NCBI RefSeq assembly: GCF_006345805.1
Contig: NC_042997.1
Span: 105,648,001 to 105,712,000, forward strand
Length of the DNA: 64,000 nt
Origin: Octopus sinensis
Lineage: Eukaryota
Direction: 5' to 3'
Both the position numbers and the translations under genes were made by a program. The notes beneath the pieces are model-generated. The model worked only from the letters and a program-made list of their open reading frames with translations, did no database searches and was not told where the DNA came from. Positions 1-14,276 of the stretch are shown piece by piece. Numbering within the stretch: position 1 is the first letter of the stretch; each line of letters begins with the position of its first letter.

Positions 1-101
1 ATATATGACATGCAGTGACTAGAAATATCATATATAGAGGTGTTCATAAGCACTTACACCTATACCTGTCAGTTTTTACACGTCTACGCGCACACAGACA
101 A

Positions 102-137
102 TAGACAGACAGACAGACAGATAGATAGATTGATAGG

Positions 138-176
<39 letters not shown>

Positions 177-257
177 GTAGGTAGGTAGGTAGGTAGGTAG
201 GTAGGTAGGTAGGTAGGTAGGTAGCTGGGTGGGCGGGTGGTTGGGTAGGTAGGTAGG

Positions 258-308
<51 letters not shown>

Positions 309-325
309 ACAGACAGACAGACAGG

Positions 326-406
<81 letters not shown>

Positions 407-585
407 GTTTATGTATGCATAAATATCATTGGTTTCAAATGTTTGCACAAGGCCAGTAATTTCATGGGGTGAGTAAATCGACTAGTACTTATTTTATCCC
501 TATTTTCTATCAAACACACCCATATACAAGTATATACATATGTATAGATAGAGAGAGAGATAGATAGAGAGATAGATAGAGAGAT

Positions 586-643
<58 letters not shown>

Positions 644-645
644 CA
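102..645. repeat. Compound microsatellites (AGAC)n/(AGAT)n/(GGTA)n and (AG)n
   Basis: Directly visible tandem repeats at ~102-406 and ~543-645; they account for ORFs 44..448 and 409..660. Confidence 0.95.
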
Positions 646-715
646 GAAGGCAATGGACAATCAGTAACTGAAAAAGCAACATAAGGAGGACAAGTTTTGA
701 CAAATATTGTATTAC

Positions 716-2225
716 ATTATTTACATTTGACGGATATTTGTCCTCTTCTTGTTTCTTGTTAACACAACGTTTCAGCTGATATCTCCTCCAGCCTTCATCA
801 TGAGTCTTGGGGACATTTCGAACCTGGATTCTCATTCCTAAGGTACTTTTTCTCTTAAGGTGAATGTTGAGGGGTATAGTGGTGGAAGTCACGCCAGAAG
901 CCAAAAGGCTTAGGCAAATGGTCTGCGAAAAAGAAATGTCGAGAGAAATCTGACCCGTTACCTTATAGGTTGTCACTGACATACTCCGCGAACCTGTCAG
1001 TTTCATGGTGACCGCTTCGCTCGATATAAGATTACTGGGGTAACATTCTAGCGTATATAGTCTATTAGAGATACTATGAAAGAATAGGTAGAAATAGAAA
1101 GTATAGTGTTTGATTCCACCGATGGTGGCGGTATTAAGAAAGGGTAGATATGGCAGTGTGACGAGAGCAAGGAATGTCTAGGAGGAAACGCAATATGAAG
1201 AAGGAGGATCAATGTAAAAACGGGCTGCGGAGGTTGCAGGGACACTTAAAGGAGGAATTGGTGGAATAAGGAAGAAATGGGAGATCGCCGAGTCATATTT
1301 TCGCTGACCGAAAAAGTGGAGGGTAATACCTTTCAGGGACGGGTTGGTAGGGTTGTAAGTAACGGGAAAGGAAATGTTGTGGATTGGATTCCGTACTTGG
1401 GGTGTGAGGAATGATATGTGATCAATAACATAGACCCAGGATAGAGTGTTTGATAACGGAGAGTGGGTAACCACGTCAAATGAAGAGATGGGTCATATGT
1501 AGAACCTGCCTCTCAAATTCGTGGTTATTGATGCAGAAGTGGCATACACGGAGGAATTTGAAATAGAAGATGGAGCGCTTGTAAGTGGGCAGCGAGGAAG
1601 AAACATTAAGGGAGGATTGGGAACCAGTAGGTTAGTAAAAGACAGGGGTGGAGAGGCTGGGTGAAGTGTAGTCGTCAGAGACAGTGATGTCGATGAAATG
1701 AAGTGCAATATCGGAGATGGTAACGTAAACCTAGAGTGCACAGCGAAAAGAGCTGACGGACAAAATGAAAGTTCTTAGATCCTTACGGGAGAAAGAAGTG
1801 GTATCATATCAGTCGCTGGTATGTTGGCCGAGTATAGTGACCCGTTCGTAAATCTTATCTGCGAGGGAAAAATCAATTAAGGGTGAATGCAAACTCGAGT
1901 AGACGAAAGTAATGAAGTACTGGGACAAAAAGTGATACTGAAGGACAACGGTGTATAGAGAATTTGCAGTCTTGATGAGAATGAGACAGCTGGGATTAGA
2001 AGAGACGGAGAAAGAATAGAATAGGTGGGGACCATATTTGGTGTCATGGATGTAGGAAGGGAGAGCAGCAACTAAAGGAGCGAGGAGAGTATCGCAGTAG
2101 GTGTAAATTACAAGCAAAGACGAGTGGCATCCGGAGTTTTCGGGGTTAAGGATCTTGGGAGGAAGCATGAAATAAGGGTACCGGAGGGTACGGGATATTT
2201 GATTTTGGAGGCAGTGGGTGTCATT
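716..2225 (-). mobile_element. Decayed Penelope-like element (RT + GIY-YIG), probably Neptune-like, with hammerhead-bearing terminal repeat at 716-852
   Basis: Minus-strand fragments YFMLPPKILNPENSG...CDTLLAPLVAALPSYIHDT...SLYT match the PLE RT motif pattern FYxLPKIHKPxxPGRP / LPSYIxDT / SLYT. FPVTYNPTNPSLK resembles the thumb/linker; a PCSR..C remnant lies near 1150-1175 and ETDRFAEYV (GIY-YIG GET..DRF.EH) near 970-1005. Many frameshifts. Confidence 0.8.
761..806 (-). ncRNA. Minimal type I hammerhead ribozyme motif (PLE type 1), degenerate (C3A)
   Basis: Minus strand gactc-ATGATGA-A-GGCTG-gaggagatat-CAGCT-GAAAC-GTT-gtgtt: core CUGANGA with the first C mutated, stem II, GAAA, ACGU mini stem III. 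Confidence 0.65.
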
Positions 2226-2844
2226 TATTTTTACACGTATGTACACACACATGCGTACATACATAGATATCGATATGCATACATAGACACACGCACACAT
2301 ACATACACACATACACGCGCGCGCGAATGTTTTGTTCACTAATACTAGTAATTGACCAAATTCCAAATTCGTATCAACAAACTCTTGCAAAATATTCAAG
2401 TAAAAATATTTTTTATTGTATATGTATAGATTTCGTCATATTAGTCCTGTTTATTTTACCTAACTTACATTTTTTCCTTATAAATTGCAATATTTTCACC
2501 AAATATTTATTTGTTTTCTTTTAAATCCTTAAAATGTCAGAAATGTTACTTAGTGCTTTGAAGCAATTTCCCTCAGGGCGAAAGTGTCAAGATTTCAATT
2601 TATATATTACTTTAAGTATGAGAATCGGACCTTACGCATACCTACGAAGAATCGTAAATATATAAGTATACATACATATGTATATGCATGCATTTGTAAA
2701 ACTATGTAAAACATTTGTAGTATTTACATGCAATTATAACCATGCAAACAAATGTACACGTATACAAATACGTACGTACTTAATGACATTCATGTATACG
2801 TACAAACTGCATAGTGGCAAACACACACACACACACACATCGTA

Positions 2845-3150
2845 GAGGCACATGGCCTAGTGGTTAGAGCAGCGGACTCGCGGTCGAGGGATCGTGGATT
2901 CGAATCTCAGTCCGGGCGATGTGTGTGTTTATGAGCGAAACACCTAAGCTCCACGCGGCTCCGGCAGAAGGTAATTACGAACTTCTGCTGACTCTTTCAC
3001 CACAACTTTCTCTCACTCTTTTCCTCCTGCATCTTGTGGCTCACCTGCGACGGACCGGCATCTCGTCCAGGTGGGGAACCTATACACCAAGGAAGCCGAG
3101 AAACCGGCCCTAATGAGCCAGGAGTGGTTCGAGAAGGAACAAACAAACAA
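2845..3150 (+). mobile_element. tRNA-derived SINE family A, full length
   Basis: A-box TGGCCTAGTGG, B-box-like GGATTCGAATC, body, and (AAAC)n tail; second copy at 49495-49788 on the opposite strand. Confidence 0.85.
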
Positions 3151-3214
3151 CACACACACACGCACAAACATACATAATTACTGCCATACAAACATGTATA
3201 TATTTCTTTAATAT

Positions 3215-3880
3215 TTCTTTATTTAATCAACCCCAAAAGGATGAAAGGTAAAGTCGACCTCGGCTGAATTTGAAATTAGAACACAAAGAGTCGGAAGAAA
3301 TATCGCCTAAGTATTTTTGTCCGTGCTAACATTTCTATCGGCTCACTGTCTTACTCTGCTCTGATTATGGATTTCGAACTTTGGCACAAGGTCAGCAATT
3401 CCAAGTGAAGAGACAGGTTGATTACATCGACCTCAGTGCTATACCGGTACTTACTTTATCGACTCCAAAATGACGAAGAGCAAAGTCGACCTTGGTGTAA
3501 TTTGAACTCAGAACGTAAAGGTGGCGGAAATACCGCTAAGCACTTTGCCCCGCGTGCTAACAATTCTGCCAGCTTGCCGTCTTTACTCTGTTCTGAATAT
3601 TGATATCTCATTTTGGCACAAGGCCAGCAATATTGAAGGAAGCTTAAGTCGATTACATCGACTCCAGTGCTCAGCTAGTACTTATTTGAACGTAAAGAAG
3701 GCTGAAATGCCACTAAGCATTTTGCTTGGTGTACTAAAGGTTATACCAGTGCGCCGCCTTACTCTATTCTGAAGATTAATTTATTAAGGCCGTGAGCTGG
3801 GAGAATTGTTATCACGCCGGACAAAATGATTAGCAGTCTTTCGTCCGCTTTACGTTCTGATTTCGAATTCCACTGTTGGC
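3215..3880. mobile_element. Cluster of SINE family B copies (3 minus, 1 plus)
   Basis: Recurring motif ggcggcgagctggcagaatcgttagc...gttctgagttcaaattcc...cctttcatcctttcggggtcgataaaataagtaccag; about 30 copies in the window. The central domain resembles the MetaSINE domain as I recall it (unverified). Confidence 0.85.
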
Positions 3881-4021
3881 CGGTCTGGAGCTATAGTGAG
3901 TTGCCAATTGCCAAATATACCGCACAATGACATTGAACCCGAAACCATGTGATTGCAAAGCGAGATTCTTAACTACACGGCCCGTACAGAATTATATAAA
4001 ATACGCTTGTATGTCTGAAAA

Positions 4022-4329
4022 AGTGAGAGAGAGAGAGAGAGAGAGAGAGTGTGTATGTGTGTGCGAGTGTGTGTATGTGTGTGTGTGCGTGTGCGTGTGT
4101 GCGTGTGTGCGTGTGTGTGTGTGTGTGCGTGTGTGTGTGTGTGTGCGTGTGTGCGTGTGTGTGTGTGTGTGTTGGGGGCTATACGTGCGTACGTGCCTGT
4201 TTTCACGCACATGTTCCAATATAAAAAGTCATAAGATCACATTCAAACATGTAAACATCCGTATGAACTTAGAGAATTTGTGCAGTAACACAAATATACA
4301 CATGCAAGCACATGCGTGTTTGTCTGTGT

Positions 4330-4385
<56 letters not shown>
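4022..4385. repeat. (AG)n/(GT)n microsatellites
   Basis: Direct observation. Confidence 0.95.
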
Positions 4386-4387
<2 letters not shown>

Positions 4388-6884
4388 ATGTCTATATGTA
4401 TGTCTAGTCATGACCTCCTATAAGACAAAATCAATTCATGAAGAAAGAATATAAATCAAACAAGTCAGTTTTCAAACCAAAGCTTGGAATTTTCTTACGC
4501 GTCGCTGGATTATTCCCTAAGTATTTAGTAAAGTTGTCACACTGCCTACATCTACTTATATATGAATTGACGTATTTTTCTCTGTCTCTATCAACCTACG
4601 AATATATTTTTCTGTCTAAATCTCTATTTCTCTGTCTCACTCATTATATACATGTGTGTGCGTGAGTGTATATTTATGTGTGTATGTGCATGCGCGTGTG
4701 TGTGTGAGTGCGTGAGTCTGTCTCTGTATATGCAAGTTGGTATGTAAGTATATACATTTCTAATCATGTATAGACCTATGTGGGTCCGTGTGCGCGCATG
4801 AGGTTACCAATATGTAAAACGTCGCTTTAACATTCCCAAAATATTTTGAATTCATACTCGCAGTGTGTGCACACAAATATAAGTACCTATATATAAATAC
4901 AGATACATACATACATACATACATACATACATACATACATACATACATGCATACTTACATATATTCATTCATATATATCCTAAGTCACAATATTTTCCTC
5001 ATAAATTTTGATTTATTTTGTGTTTTGCATATTACGTAATTAGTACATCATGTAATTTTAGACGAATTAGTCCATTAGTGGATGTCAGGTGTTTCTATTT
5101 CTGCCGTACGTAAGTAATGTCGTCGAATGATATTTTAATTTGTAAAAATCTTAATAGCCGCATTTAAAATGTTTTGCCGTTTCTGTAACCGGTAAAGGCG
5201 CTGATTTTGTCGACCAATTTCTACTTATGTATTGCATTTTATAAAATGAGCGTAGCTCATCTACTTTTCCATTTAGAGGAGAGCAGGAGGATTCGACCCC
5301 AGTGTGGGGATGGTGGTTTACCGTGGTCCGAAAGGATGAAAAGGCATATTTAACCCCTCGGCAGTATTTAGACTCAGTACCGGGTATCGGAACGAATACG
5401 AGACAATCTATCCAACACCCTAACGAATCGAAATAGCAATACGTTTTTATTCTTAATCACAGTTTTCGCCACCCACCATCACCCCTTACTTTCTTCGGTG
5501 TTTGGGGTTGTATTTTTTTTCTACTCAAGCCAAGAATAATTTATTCAGTATAACTCATTTATAAAACTGATAATTTACTGAGTTAAATTGAGCAAACACT
5601 AATGCAGTTATAGAGTTATAGCGCTGATAATTCACACGAGAGTTTAAGTGATTGTGACATGTGGCATTTAACGCAAATATGTTTCCATGATTGACGGGTC
5701 ATTGAAGTAAACTTATTTAATGAGATACTTGTAGAGATGTATGGCAGCTTGTTGTTCTCGTTCTTTAGCTCTACGTTGCGCTTTATTTAGTAGGCCTACG
5801 ATCAAGCTCTTTCTAATTGTGACAATATGTATCTGATTCTAGTTTATATATTGATTAAGCGGTAAGAATTGATTTAAGAGATATTAACCAACAATTTCTA
5901 GCAAGTCAAGCGACCACGTATAGGCTTACTGATGATTCAGACTATTGTATTTGTGTTTCTTGTCGTTGTTTAATTCGATGTCAGCTCTCATCGAGTTTAC
6001 ATTTGTTCCAACTGTTGTCATTTGGATTTTACATCTTTTCTCAAAAATATTGTGTATCTCGTTAAGACAATGACATCTGATTTCAATCCGACTTTACTGC
6101 GACTACCAGCATGTCAAGCGACTTCACAGCTTCAACATATTACAATTAAAGTCAAAGTCTTTCTCAGTTAAACAGGTCCATTAGGCTGGCGCTTATCTGT
6201 TTAGTGTATAAGATACTGTACATTTTAAACATACACACGCAAACGCACACTTACACACAGATACACAGCCTCACAAACACACATATACATGCGTACTTGT
6301 GTGTGTGTGTGTATGTTTGTGTATATGTGTGACCTGAAATTCATCGTGACTAACCACATAAAGAACAAATCATGTTAAATAAAGCCATATTGGATTTAAA
6401 ATATTACTTTCCTCGCAGCTCCCCGAAATCTTAAATTTGAGATACGTAACTAAATATTATTAATCAGAGGTCGATGCAACCGTCAAGCACGAGCAGTAAT
6501 ACCATCATTGTTTTATGTATCACAGTAACATTCGCAGGGAATAGTTGTACATTTTTCCACGTGACTAGTTTTAAGTGATATAAATGCAGTCTTTTACAGA
6601 GAAAAAATCTCAGATGAACAGATGATGAGGATGGAAGTGATTGTTATAAAGGTGGTCTTCATTTCAAGACATTACCTATCTAAAATAGAGATGATACGTT
6701 TATCACAAAAAGTGGTATACAAAAACTACGCCTAGTTTCGTAATACCTGAGGCTTTAAAGCACTTTCGAAGATATTGTCCGCCAGCATTTTTTGCTCTAG
6801 AACAGGTAAACTTTCTACAAATTGTTTGAAGGGCAAATTTCAAGACAGGCAGATTAAAAGAAAGTATACCATTAAGTAAGACAT

Positions 6885-7265
6885 AAGGCGAAGAGCTGGC
6901 AGAATCGTTGGCACACTGGGCAAAATGCTTAGCCATATTTACTCTGTCTTTACGTTCTGAGTTCAAATTCCGCCGTGGTCGACGTTATCTTTAATCATTT
7001 CGGAATCGAAAAAACAAGTACCAGTCGAGCATTGGGATCGATGTAATCGACTTAACACCTTTCTTGAAATCACTGGCCTTAAGGCGGTGAGCTGGCAGAA
7101 CCGTTAAAACACCGGGCAAAATGCTTCGCAACGTCTCATCCGTCTTTCTTTTGAGTTCAGACACCGCCGGAGTTGGTAAAGCAAGTACCAATTGAGCACT
7201 GAGTTTGATGTAATCGACTTGCCTCGTCCACAAAATTGCTGTCCTTGTGCCACACTTTGAAACTA
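6885..7265 (+). mobile_element. Two head-to-tail SINE family B copies
   Basis: Heads aaggcgaagagctggcagaatc (6885) and aaggcggtgagctggcagaacc (7081). Confidence 0.85.
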
Positions 7266-8279
7266 ATATTAAGGAAGACTGTGTTACTCAATAGTTTTAG
7301 TAACTGCTAGTTATTTGAGACCGTTGAATGAACCTACAGCTGCGATCACTTCATTACACTGACCGAGCACATATAATTGAGCCTGTAGTTACCAATACTT
7401 GCTTTAATGAAATAAAAGAGTAAGTCTCAGGGATGGTAATACTTACTCTTAGCTTAATGAAATATAATGAGGCTAATTACATATTCTTTAAAATAAGACT
7501 GAATTATCACCATTGAAGTTTTAGTTCACATGTTACTCAGCTTTAAGTTTTCGATAAAATAGTATATTTTCGTAACGCAGTATTTCCTATAAAACAGCGA
7601 ATGAAATTCCACATAGTTTGTTACTGTGTTAGAAATAACATAGCAGTGAAATATCCATCAATTCACAAATTATGGCCTGACATATAGGCATAAGAAGATT
7701 TGCATATCGGTCAAGGATGTCCGAGTAATAGAAACAAACACCACAAGATTTGTGGTGCATCTGATGAGAGTAAGATACAATAAAACCTATGTTTACATGC
7801 GTTCGGATATATATCCGGACAGATTCAGATCTAAATTTACTGTTTCTTCTTTCCAACCTTATCCCAGCCTCTCCTCCCAATATTTTTACTGTCAGTTATC
7901 ATCATCATCGGTTATCCATTAGAATTCTTGAAACACTCCTTGCATGAATTCGTTGAACTTCCACCCCAGAAAAGTCGAAACACAGATGTACTCGCATACT
8001 TATATATATATATATATATATACATACACACACAAACATATATGTATATAAATAGATAGATACATAGATATATATACTCGTATGCGTGTAGGTGTATATG
8101 TATTAATGGTTGTTATTGCGTGTAACGCCTGTAGTACATGATACACATACACACGTACACGCATATGTATTAATTCAGAACAAATATTACAATCAAAATT
8201 ATTTTGCCTTCAGGGCTCAATAAATTCTCAGAGTTAAGAACACATTTTTCCAATTTACTTTTATGCCGTACACATAGAC

Positions 8280-8311
8280 ACACATACACACACACACACT
8301 CACACACACAT

Positions 8312-8373
<62 letters not shown>

Positions 8374-8683
8374 AATTGTGTGTGTATTATGCGTATATAT
8401 ATATATATACATACACACACAGACACAGACGTACATATATACACTCACACATAAATAACTATATATATATACACAAATACATATACATATGTATGCATAT
8501 GTATATATACATATTTATATAAATACATATATATATATATATATATATAATATATATATATATATATACATATATATGCATATATATACATACATATGCC
8601 TACATATATACACATACATACATATATATACATATATATATATATACGTACATATATGTATACATACACGCGCGAGCACATAC

Positions 8684-8718
<35 letters not shown>

Positions 8719-8979
8719 CGCACACGATGAGTGGTTTCGCTTTGGTTTGAAATGCAATAAAGAGGAAAATATTATTCCGCTCAACCAAACTCAATACTGT
8801 TAGGTAGAGTGGAATAATATTTATTCAAAGCTGAAATGTGAGTGAGTCGTTTCTTCTCAGATTTTCTCGTTCCCGATCCTCAGTCGACTGATCTTCAAAC
8901 ATAATAAGATTCTTCATCTGGAGAATCGCCACCACGAGAAACTCCAAGTAGCGCTTCATAAACACTGAGGCCTTATTGT

Positions 8980-9038
<59 letters not shown>

Positions 9039-9180
9039 TGTGTGTGTGCGTATGTGTGTTCATGAGGTGTGCATATTTGTTTGCGTAAGTGCCTGTGTCG
9101 GTATGTATCTATATACATCTGGATGTGTGTATGTTTATCTGAATACGTGTTTATATATATATATAGAGAGAGAGACAGAC

Positions 9181-9229
<49 letters not shown>

Positions 9230-9320
9230 TACATACATACGTACGTACATACATACATACATACATACATACATACATACATACATACATACATACATAC
9301 AAACATACACACAGACATAC
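8280..9320. repeat. Compound (CA)/(TA)/(GT)/(AGAC)/(ATAC) microsatellite block
   Basis: Direct observation; interrupted by ~250 bp of non-repetitive sequence at about 8725-8980. Confidence 0.9.
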
Positions 9321-9739
9321 ATATATTGCAGGCTTCGAAACAATCATACTCTTCAGTTCTGCCTTCCGTTCGTCTTTGGACTCCTCTGCTCATGTTTTTT
9401 TTTAACAAGTAAGGATCGAGCAAGATATTAGCGACATCAGTCTCACAGATCTTGAAAAAACTGCGAATATCATGATCATTGCCTCTTCCACCAGCTCTGC
9501 AAATAAAATCAATACGATATGAATTATAGCAAGCTTGAAGACTTCGAAAGATTAAAATTATACATGCAAGATTCGGACAAAATACAAGTGTTTAAAATCT
9601 GGAATGAGTCTTCTGAATACTAAATACAGAAACATTAAGGTCACACGCATATAATGAGTTAACTTACTATGGACATAAAAATGTAAATATGCACGTATGT
9701 ACACACTAACATCAACGCCATTTCAAATTATGAAGAGGC

Positions 9740-10620
9740 ATGCTACAGAACAACAGCGAATGCAAAATTGAGCACCCAAAGAATCTTTCTGCATGCAATC
9801 AAGCTATATGCATTGCACTTACAGAAACTCATCTATCTGCAGACGTAAGTGATGCGGAGATACGCATACCGATGTATGCTATTTGCTGTACAGACAGAAG
9901 AAAAAGAAGTCACGGTGGAGTTGGACTGTACATCCGCGAAGATGTTACACCATCAACCCTGTTATCGAACTCGAATTCGGTGTGTGACACACCCATAGTA
10001 CATCTAAAGCAGCTTATATAGTGATATGCACACTATATCACCCACCTGATGCCTCAGATCATGATGGAAAATTTGAGGAATGTCTCAGTGCAATAAAGGA
10101 AGTACTAACACAATTACATCAACGTACTACAATATTCCTGATGTGTGACTTTAACTTCCCAAACATCAGGTAGCCTGAGGGCAATATAATCCCAGTAATG
10201 ACGCACAAAGAGCGAAATTAAGCAGAATCTCTACTTGATCATAAACAGATCACACTCTCTCCAAGCAGGCACAAAAATATCTTGGAATCTGTTTTACAAA
10301 CAATGTGGAAATTATCCACAACGTGAGTATATCACCAACAATATTCTCAGACCATAACATGATAGAACTGACAATGTATGACCCGGAATTAACTAATAAA
10401 CTCCGCACAGATGGAAGACATAGATATGAAACGCAATAAATTCATGTCAATAACGTGAGCCATATGCATTAAATATGTCCCAGAGAAGAGAGTCAATAAA
10501 TGCAAAAATATCATTCCCAAAAACGGGAGAATACTCACGCGGCGAAGAATAAAGATCTTGAATCGTTTAAACAAAAACCTTAATGACTGTGTGAAATCTC
10601 ACCTGACAGAGGAACTATAT
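9740..10620 (+). mobile_element. Decayed CR1/Jockey-group LINE ORF2, APE endonuclease region
   Basis: IALTETHL...IPMY...DRRKRSHGGVGLYIRE, then LYHPPD and CDFNFPNI (GDFN motif); internal stops. Confidence 0.85.
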
Positions 10621-10659
10621 ACATACACACACACACACACCACACACACACACACATAT

Positions 10660-10700
<41 letters not shown>

Positions 10701-10707
<7 letters not shown>

Positions 10708-10870
10708 AAGAAGCCACTCGTATATATATATGTATATACGAGTGGCTTCTTTCAGTTTCGGATTATCAAATCCACTCAGAGGAATTTGGTCGACCCGAGG
10801 CTACAGTAGAAGACTGAACCTAGGACCATGTGATTCAGCATCAAGCTTCTTACCACACAGCCACTCCTAT
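10701..10870 (-). mobile_element. SINE family C 5' part with local 26-bp fold-back
   Basis: cttaccacacagccactcct head; perfect palindrome at 10701-10758. Confidence 0.8.
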
Positions 10871-11421
10871 ATATTATGTTTGTGTTTATATATAATTGTG
10901 TGTATGTGTGTAGTGAGTGCACGGAAAATAAAATAGAATAGAAAATGGAACGAATGAAATAATGAACTAAAAGCGAGGCAAAGTACTTTTTGACACGAAT
11001 ACAAGCATTTCTACGTCGTTCTTTCATTAATTGCAATTCAGTCAGTAAGGAAAAATCAAGATATTGTCCCAAGCGAAAGACAGCAAAATCACAATATTAT
11101 ATACAACATAATAAAAAAATTAAGAAAACATTAGCAGCAACAACAAGAGCAATAACAACATATAACCATGAAATGAATTGGGAATCGTATATCTTAGGTG
11201 AATAATTTCATCGCCCTACCAGTTATATTTGAGTACCGAAATAGAATAATGTAGTACGAAATCTTGTAATATTGCCAGACATCTTTAGCTTGAAATCATA
11301 TTTCACTGTCATTTCAATGTGAGGGCATTTCATTGAAAACACATATTTCATTCCAATTTCATTATAAATCTGTGTATACGTGTGTATACAAACACATATG
11401 TATGCACACACACACACACAC

Positions 11422-11480
<59 letters not shown>

Positions 11481-11819
11481 CACAAATACACACATTTTTT
11501 TGTGCATGTATATATATATATATATATACGTATGCATTCACGCAAACACAAGGTCACACACGCGAACACACAGGTAGATAGTCACGCCCGCATCTATACA
11601 AACATATACATATGCACATTACAGTATTCATATGTGCGTGCGTGCATGCATGTGTGTATGTGCGTGTGTGTGTGCGTGCGCATCATAGTTTATTTTTTAT
11701 CTTGTTAATGCAATTTCTAATACCCCGAAGATTGGAATGAAATGTAAAACAATGAAAGTAAGATTTCGTTTCGCACAGGTACAGAGATACACAGGAGCGT
11801 ACATACACACACGTTCGCG

Positions 11820-12440
11820 CATGCATGCATACATACATACATACATACATACATACATACATACATACATCATACATACATACATACATACATACATACA
11901 TACATACATACGTATGTACCGACCTACTTACCTAAATACCTACCTGTCTACTACCTAACACTCTACCTACCTACATAAATACACACACACAAATATATAT
12001 TACATACAGAAGTTTATTATTTAAATATATTTGAGCATGTCTAGATATGCAAATATATGCATGAGAATATACATACTTAAAGCAAAACCTACAAATCTGC
12101 CCATAAACATACATACAGACAAAAGTTGTTGTTGATGTTGAAATTCCAATGAAGACGCCTTGAATCTTGGTTAGAAACCGGCTTTTTTCTCTATTGACAA
12201 GAAATCTTGAAATAAGACTGAACATGCATACATACATGCATACATACATACATGCATACATACATACATGCATGCATACATACATACATACATACATACA
12301 TACATACACACACACATACATACATACATACATACATACATACATACATACATACATACATACATACATACATACATACATACATACATACATACATACA
12401 TACATACATACATACATACATACATACATACATACATACA
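11820..12440. repeat. (CATA)n tetranucleotide arrays
   Basis: ~215 bp near-perfect array at 12225-12440 plus a shorter array at 11820-11910. Confidence 0.95.
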
Positions 12441-13085
12441 TGTCAGCATATTCGGAGATGGCCTAAGTGGGTTACATTGACACCAGTAAATAACTGATAC
12501 TTTCTTCAATTAACCCCGATGGGATGAAAGGCAAAGTTAACCTTAGCGACGTTTGAACTCAGAACGTAATGACGGACGAAATGCCTCTAAGCATTTTGCC
12601 CGGCGTGTTTAACGATTCTGCCCGCTCGCTGCCTTTCCAAAGTAATAATTTTGATAATTTCTCATATGTATGCATGGCTACAAATTGCGCGCAAAATATC
12701 GATATCGATGCTTCAATAATATTTATTTCATCAATCTCAGAATCACCATCTATATCTGTCAGAGAATATAAAGACGCGCAACTAAATACCACAAGGCGTT
12801 TTCCTCGATAATCTACCAATTTTTTCCTTAGCGATATTCTCTGCCATATCCAACCCAAATGATGGTAATCCTTCTTACTGTAATCAGACACAGGGCCTGA
12901 AATTTTGGCAGAGGTGGCTTTTCGATTACATCGACCCAGTGCTTAACTGGTACTTATTTTATTGATCCAGAAAAAATACAGGCAAAGACGACTGCGGCAG
13001 CATTTGAACTCAGAATATAGAAACAGACGAAATGCCGCTAATTATTTTGTCCGGTGTGCTAACGGCTCTACCAGCTCGCTACCTT
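12440..13085 (-). mobile_element. Two SINE family B copies
   Basis: 12440-12635 and 12885-13085 match the family B motifs. Confidence 0.8.
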
Positions 13086-13717
13086 TATATTAAATGATAA
13101 TAATGATTTCTTACATTGAATCAGGATAACAAATATTTGGCCTAAGTGAACAGCCAATTAAATCCATCCAGGAATTCAGTGAAACATAATTTATCGAATA
13201 TAGGGAGAAAGTGAACAGTGTTATGTAATAACCGAAAACAGCTTCCCCCAATGCTCCACCAATTCTGTCGCAAAAATTTTCTTTAAATTCATAACACTGA
13301 TGCTATCCCTTGCCAATCAACCTAACTCACCATTATACAGACATACACATTAAATGCAAAAGCACCTTCAGTCGCTTCAACAAACAGCGACGCAATTATT
13401 GCTCAGCAGATCTATTCCCCTTATTTTTCAAACTCAAAAATCTCCAACTGCTTTTGTCTTTCCACTTCAATCCCTCTCTTTCTCCCTTCTCTCCCCACCT
13501 CCTCACTCTCTCTCAGGATTTATGCCAATCTTTGAAAATACGCACTAGTGTGTTCTGCTCGCAAGAAAAGTAAACCCCTCTGATCACGTTCATTCTGAAT
13601 ATGTGAGAAAAAAGGATGTTGAGAAATGATACGATCAAATACAGCTCTCACATGTAAGATCTATCAGCTCGGTGGTGATCATTAACATAAAAAAGTTATT
13701 AATACTTAATACTTAAT

Positions 13718-13792
13718 AGCACCAGGTGGTGCTATTAAGTTAGACATGGCCTGGGCCAATAATGGCCGAAACCTATCAAAGTATCAAAGTAC
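13718..13792 (+). mobile_element. 3' terminal fragment of the CR1-like LINE with (ATCAAAGT)2 tail
   Basis: ggtggtgctattaagttagacatggcctg is identical to the 3' UTR following the ORF2 C-terminus at 26356-26384. Confidence 0.7.
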
Positions 13793-14245
13793 GTATATAC
13801 GCTACATATCCTCATACACAGATGCACAAACCACTGTTTAAGATAGTAGATTGTGAGTTAAATCAGATTTTCCTGCTATCTGTAGCTGGTTCACTGGCTA
13901 TGCACAGATTCCTTCATTAACTTATTTTAGTCACGTGTTTTGTAACGATGAAGGTATAGAAGAAATGATAATAGATACAATGTATGCGAATATATTATTT
14001 GCTCACATGATGAGACGTGGGCGTGAAATGAAATAACGAAATAAAAATCCTTTTATGTCAATCTTTATGACTTATCTTAGTCGTATGTGACAGCTATTAT
14101 ATCACTGGTAATTTATTTCTATCAAATTCTCGTGCATCGACGATAAAGGCTGATAAATCTACAGAATAAATCTTTACACATACACACACGCATATACATA
14201 TATACATACATACATACATATATGTATATATATATATATATATAT

Positions 14246-14276
<31 letters not shown>

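Noticed and set aside
7405-7464. 10-bp inverted repeat flanked by a 10-bp direct repeat
   Set aside because: Short and AT-rich, single instance; compatible with chance.
13517-13569. Polypyrimidine tract + AG...GT 53-nt candidate exon
   Set aside because: The pyrimidine tract is a CT-rich simple repeat; peptide unrecognised; no compatible neighbouring exons.
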